Source of the DNA: the human T2T-CHM13v2.0 reference genome, Homo sapiens | DNA: 64,000 bases | Reading direction: 5' to 3' (one strand) | Assembly (NCBI RefSeq): GCF_009914755.1 | Contig: NC_060938.1 | In this document: piece by piece, positions 58,298-64,000 of the stretch | How positions within the stretch are numbered: the first letter of the stretch is position 1 | How the letters are laid out: every line of letters begins with the position of its first letter | The notes under the pieces: model-generated | The model's database searches: none | The model's input: the letters and a program-made list of their open reading frames with translations, nothing else | What the model was told of the DNA's origin: nothing | Position numbers and translations under genes: made by a program

Positions 58298-58760
58298 AAG
58301 ATGGATGGATGGACGGATAGATGGATGGATGGATGGATGGATAAATACATACATTGATATATCAATATATGCATAGATGGATAGATGACTAAATAGATGG
58401 ATAGATGGATGAATGGATAGGTGGATGGATAGATGAATAGATGGATAGATGGATGGATGGATGGATGGACAGATGGATGGATGGATGGATAAATAGATGC
58501 ATTGATACATCAGTATATCCATAGATGGATAGATGGATGAATGGGTAGGTGGATGGATGAATGGATGGATGGATGGATGGATAAATAGATGCATTGATAC
58601 ATCAATATATCCATAGATGGATAGATGGATGAATGGGTAGGTGGATGGATGAATGGATGGATGGATGGATGGATGGATGGATACATAGATACAAAGATTG
58701 ATGGATGAACAGGTGAATAAATGAATAATGGACAAATAAATAGAGGGATAGATAGATATT
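58298..58760. repeat. (GGAT)n/(AGAT)n complex repeat with higher-order units
   Basis: Tetranucleotide array with three recurring 'ggataaata...attgata.atca.tatat.catag' blocks. Confidence 0.95.
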
Positions 58761-58929
58761 TATATAGATGTGTGTTATTTAACTCACATATATTATGTAG
58801 AATTTCACTGGGGAAACTAGAACTTAGGAGAGCTCAAGTCCCTCATTTATATCACACAGCTGAGAAATGAAAAACTATTCCTCATTAAAGCCTACTCTTT
58901 TCCCTCAATAGTATGTGAATCTGAAACTA

Positions 58930-59366
58930 GCTTTAAACTACATATGCTCATTATTTCTCATGATTCCATGGGTCAGCGTCGTGGCTCTTCTGGCCTGAGT
59001 TGGCTCAACTGGCATAAAGCTGCAGTTCAGCTGGCTCACCTAAGCACACTGGCCCAGCTGCAATATCTGGGTGCTCCTTTCATGTGGTCTCTCTTCCTCC
59101 TGAAGGGCAGCCTGAGCTTATTCACATGATGGCAGAAGAGTTCCACAGAAGAGCAAGACAAGCGAGCCCCAGTACACAAACACCTCGGAGAGACTCTGCT
59201 TCCGTTACTTTTGCAAATGTCTCAATAACCAAAAAAGTCATATGGTCAAGCCCAGATTCAAGGACAGGGAAATCAACTTTACCTCATGATAGGAGAAGTG
59301 TCAAATGGAGATAGATGCACATCTAGAGATGGAAGGATTTATAGTCATTTCTGAAATCTACCACAC
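58930..59366 (-). mobile_element. Old MLT1 (F/G/H-like) solo LTR
   Basis: 'attatttctcatgattccatgggtcag', 'aagtcatatggtcaagcccagattcaagg', terminal 'aaatctaccaca'. Confidence 0.75.
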
Positions 59367-60924
59367 CATGAAATGTACAACACCACAGAAACCACACATA
59401 TTATTTATATTTATATACGGATGTTGTACATTTGAGTTTACATATTATGTGTCTATGTGAATTTTACTTTGGTGCTTAGGAAGCAATAAAAAGAAACAAG
59501 GAAAATATTTCTTCTATCTTGTCTTAACCTAAATAAAAAAAGCAAAAACTATTTAAGAAGCTCAAACATCATGCATGGTACTTGATATGCCCTTATAAAT
59601 GTTTCTATGCAGTTTGTTTTTGTGCTTTTATTATTTTGCCCCAGGGAACTGGCCCTCACACTGTTTTAAATCTGAATTATTGCTAACATTTAAAAAATAT
59701 GGAGCATGCATGAAAAAAATCTGGATTCCTGGTTTTTCTTGACATATCAAAAGCACTTGCAACACTAGGCTCATATGATCACATGACAAGTCACAGAAGA
59801 TGAGGGTTCCTTATATGAGGCAGGAGCTCTCCAGCTTACCAGTATCTACATGCATCTCCTTGCATTTCCCTCCTGACACTAAGGCTGAATGTTCAGTGAA
59901 AGGGAGGATACAAAATGAATGACTAGAGATTGTTTTTAAACTCAGTATTTCTAGCTTCAGTGATCTCTGCTATAATTATGATCAAGACAAAGAGCCACTT
60001 ACCTCTGACTTAAGAAGTATTACTACAAGGTTAGTAATTAACATCATTAACATGTCTTGAACTTGGCATCATCAATTAATTAAAAGTAAGTTTTTTGTTC
60101 TCTTGGGAATTTAGTTAATTGCATATAATAATTGTGGTGTGTATATGCCAGTGGTAGGGGGAAGACAAAAACGACTTTATAAAGAGACAGCAGATGGGAG
60201 TTTCAACTAAATTCTGTCTCTAAGTGTCAAATCTGAGCAAATCACTTAACACCAATTTATTTCCCCAACAGTTAAATAGGAAGAATAAAAGAGACTTCAT
60301 AACCTTCCAGGGATGCCTTTGGTCTTTAAAACTAAGACAGAGGAATGGACATATTTTTCAGGGGGAGGAAAGGAGCGGAGTTGAGGATCTTTTAAAGTAT
60401 ATCCTAGGTTCTGCTAGGTTTAGTCATGCCATTTGGATTTAATAGTAGAATCAACACTAAGAATCTTTAGCAGCATCTTGGCTTGTCAAACCTGTACTAA
60501 GCAAAATACTCAGACTTATCTGATTGTACTTAGACTCAGGTGCACAGGTACCGAGTTGCCAGACAAGATCAAAGATAATTTTTTTCTGTTTTAGGCACAT
60601 GACATATAAATGGTCAGATAATTTCTCACCACACCTCACTTTTTTTAAGCTCTGCTGTTTCTCATCTTAATATTAAAGAGAGATGGCAACATTCTAAGCC
60701 TAATGTGTGTGAGCTCATCCTCAAAGTCTATCTCAGGGGGAGAATGTATACATACTGAAATTTAAAAGATTTTTGAACAATGCATTTATCCCATTAAAAC
60801 AAGCCTTTAAAAGAATAAGACAAATAATATCTATTACTTTGAGTCCTTGAATTTGAGTATCTCTACATCTTGATTCCATGGGCTCTTTGGCTCCTTAGTG
60901 TCTAGGGAAGTATCTACTCTCATC

Positions 60925-61228
60925 ATTCATGGAATGCTCCTTCTTGAAAGCGAGCTGCCATGCTGTGAAGAAGACAAAGTAGCCATGTGAAGGAGAATAC
61001 AGGCTTAGTCTGAAATGCCAGCCCGTCACCAGCACCATCTGCTAGGTATGTGAATGAAGCCATGTTGGAACTTTCATCCATCTCAGTGACACCATATAAA
61101 ACAGATGAACCACCCAGTTGAGCCCTGCCCACACTCCTGGCCCAAAGAATCATGGACAAATAAAATAACTGTTGTTTTAGGTCACTAAGTCCTGGAGTTT
61201 GTCACACAGCAGTAGACAATGGAAGCAC
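60925..61228 (+). mobile_element. MLT1H/J-like LTR fragment
   Basis: 'agctgccatgctgtgaagaag', 'gaaccacccagttgagccctgccca', 'tgttgttttaggtcactaagt...cagcagtagacaa'. Confidence 0.78.
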
Positions 61229-62784
61229 TTCCCAAAACATAATTATTGAGACTAGTGGGAAACTGGTGACAAGTGGCATATGCTTATTTCCATAAATATG
61301 GATGACAATTAAGTTTTATGTTTCCTTCTGGTGATCTCCTTAAAAAACGGGCAATCCCTACAGGCTCAGTCTTAAAGTTAAGAATCTGACAGAGCTGGTC
61401 CAAGGAATTTTTTTGAGTTATGAAGGATATTTGCTTTTATTGACTCAGTCTTTGAGCAGAGACATTCTTGTGTTACGTGAACTAGTTAGTTTTGGGGAGA
61501 GGGTGCATGTGGGTGGGAGCAAGTTTGGGTTCAGCTCGCTCATTTCCAAAGAGTAGCTAGTTTTCAAAGGTCCTCTTAGCACCCATCTGCAGTAACATGA
61601 ATGGGACAAGCAAATTCAGAAACGGGCAGTCTTGTTTTCCTGTGCATTCTTTCGGCAGCAGTTAATGAAACAAAGAGTCTTGTTAGTATTTCCTGTTTGA
61701 AATGTGTAAGTCCATTAAAAGGAATTCAAAGCCCAGCAGAGGTGTGCACCAGCTCTGAGTACTAGCATATTCTTTAGTTGCAGCCAGTAAAGGAAGTACA
61801 TAATCATCTTTCCTTTCATATGAACATTTCAATTAAGAATAAAACACACAGGGGGCCCAGGCAGAAATTCAGGATGTAACATTTTTTAAAAACCCAGTAT
61901 TTTCAGCCTTCGTTGTGGCATCTGTGTTCACCAACTCAAAGCATACTTGGCAGTGAACACAAACACATTCGCATATGCAGACGAAGCCACAAGCCTGAGT
62001 AGGCTGATGCAAAAGCAGGATTTTCAGTTAATGGGTGTATTTGGCATAATGTTGACATCTACATTGTAGTAGAAACTGTCTTTGAAATTACTTAACTTCC
62101 TTATCGTTGCAAACTCTCTTACTTTGCAAAACTCTCAGAGTGACAGTACTTTTAAAGTAGGTTTCAGATTTTAACCACGCCTTGTAAATAATGGGAAGCA
62201 GCATCATTTTCTAAACCAGAAGGGTAAGGCACACACAGATACCTGAAAAATGACCTGATGGTAGCAGTGAGGGCAAACTCAGGGTGCTTATAGCAATTAG
62301 CATTCCTCTACTTCATTAAATCTCAAAACTCGTTTTCCAATCAATCATTTCTGATTCAAAATTGTGTAATTATTGATTGATGACTATAAATAACTTTCTT
62401 ACTATTTTTTTTCTTCCACCAAATAATAAACCATTTTATCCTCCCCACCCCAGGTGCTGAAATCCTTTTCTCTATCTTTCATCATCAACAAAACTGAAGT
62501 TAAAATCAAGGATATAATTAGTCCTGAGCAATGTTTTAGTTATAAAGTAAAATAAAACATCAAAAAGGGAAAGAAAAGTTTAGCTTAGTTTTTACTTCTT
62601 TATGTTTTTAATTTTTAAATAAAGAATTAAAGAAACACCCCATTCAAAGCCACACATCATTTAATTATGTTGCTTAGGAATGCTTTAGCTTAAGAATTTA
62701 TGATAACACGTAACTTTCCTGACTGTTTACTATTTACCAGTCACTGTATATGCTTCTTTTTCCCCTCTTGAATTTCTAAGAACT

Positions 62785-62960
62785 CTCTTATTTAGATACT
62801 ATGTTTATCTTTTTTTTTATCATTGAGAAAACTGAAGCTTACCAAGCTCAAGTAGCCTGGCTAAGTTACATTCAGTAAGCCATGGAATTGGAATTTGAAC
62901 CCAGGCCTTCCTGACTCCTAGAACTTGCTGTCCTAAGCCTTGTATTTACTGCCTCCCCAT
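62785..62960 (-). mobile_element. MIR SINE
   Basis: 'tgagaaaactgaagctta...ggaatttgaacccaggccttcctgactcc'. Confidence 0.8.
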
Positions 62961-63574
62961 TGCTGATACTGACATTGTAAATAACAAGAGTTTTGCAGGT
63001 TCGGTCAGCAAATGAAAAAATGAAAGCAGCATTATTTTCCACCAAAGATTAGCAAAAAAAAAAAAAAGCATCACTGTTTGCTTAGGAGAACTTGAAGAAA
63101 CCTGAGAGGAGTGATTCTAAAAAATAACCCTAAATTCATTAAGAGTGGAGATACTGAGTAATTTGGAGACATTAGATTTTGAAAGTACAATTTCAATAAC
63201 CATTGCAGTGATATTTGTGAGCGCAAACGTATTTTTTGAGTTGTTTCATGAGTTTACATGCAAGCGCCATGTGATAGAAGGCTTGAAGCCTGCTGCTGGA
63301 ATTCCCACAGACACTGTCTCCAGGCTCCATCATGCCACTGCAGACATCATTCTAACAAGCTGCTGTGCAGCTCCATGGCCCTGCTGTCCTCCTATTCCCA
63401 GGGCTAAGAACCACTTCTGTGTTTGACATCATCATTATTTTAGGCTTGGCTATTTTTAGAAGGATGGGATTAATCCGGGGAAAATTAAATTGAGTATGTC
63501 AGGAATCTTGGCATCTTTAGGCACTTGAAGGGAGGAAAACAGACCAGCTTTGTAAAGTCTGAATGGCCTGGTGA

Positions 63575-63612
63575 TCTCTTTCTCTTTCTCTCTCTCTCTT
63601 TCTCTCTCTCTC
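63575..63612. repeat. (CT)n microsatellite
   Basis: Interrupted CT repeat. Confidence 0.9.
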
Positions 63613-64000
63613 ACTTTCTGTGTGCCTGTCTGTCTCAAATGGAACGCTTGTCCTTACTTGCTCCCTTAATTGCTTCTCATCAGCAACATGAGCTTTTGTT
63701 CATCAGCCTCTTCTTATTGTCATTGCCTACAAGTAGAGCATCCAGCTGGCAATTCGTAGCGCTTGCTGTTTATAACCAAAGTTGTATTGCTCTTTGATGA
63801 GAGACAAAAAATAAATAAAAGAATAAAAACGGAAAAAGAATGGCATGTGGGAAACTAGTAACTAAACAGAAGGGACATCCATTTTCGGTGATAGAATACA
63901 GCCCAGTTCTCAATGAATAGTCAAGGTAGAAAGGCCTGAGAATACTAAGTTAAATATGTACAATCACATACTTATTCTCCTATGCTAAACATTGACATGA

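Noticed and set aside
58289-58735. 148-aa minus-strand ORF (IHPS repeats)
   Set aside because: Translation of the (CCAT)n microsatellite
59997-60005. Perfect minus-strand donor GAG|GTAAGT (similarly AAG|GTGAGT near 20430)
   Set aside because: No comparably strong paired acceptor; isolated donors are expected by chance in 64 kb
63145-63426. 93-aa ORF in unique DNA
   Set aside because: Non-ATG start, no recognisable homology, no convincing splice sites

Overview
AT-rich, CpG-poor primate genomic DNA (hominine-like, from one very young L1 3' end) with intronic or intergenic character. About half of it is recognisable interspersed repeat: 12 Alu copies or fragments (J/S subfamilies, no clear AluY), a full-length THE1D MaLR provirus with TSD, a 5'-LTR-less MER57/MER4-group ERV1 provirus with integrase remnants, many solo MLT1/THE1/ERV1/ERVL LTRs, an L1PB with a twin-priming 5' inversion, old L1M/L2/MIR fragments and several microsatellites. 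No protein-coding gene, RNA gene or CpG island can be supported; the ORF track is explained by repeats, low complexity or chance. The only gene-derived sequence is a 3' fragment of a processed RPL13A pseudogene (52831-53057). Observations worth checking: a gapless 174-bp ancient direct duplication (19399-19917), a young ACG/A-type L1 3' end with a compound, possibly transduced tail and no TSD (57732-57910), candidate non-coding exons with strong splice sites, several local tandem duplications and templated-insertion scars. I see no convincing new biological system. Repeat subfamily names come from recalled consensus sequences, and boundaries of old repeats are approximate.
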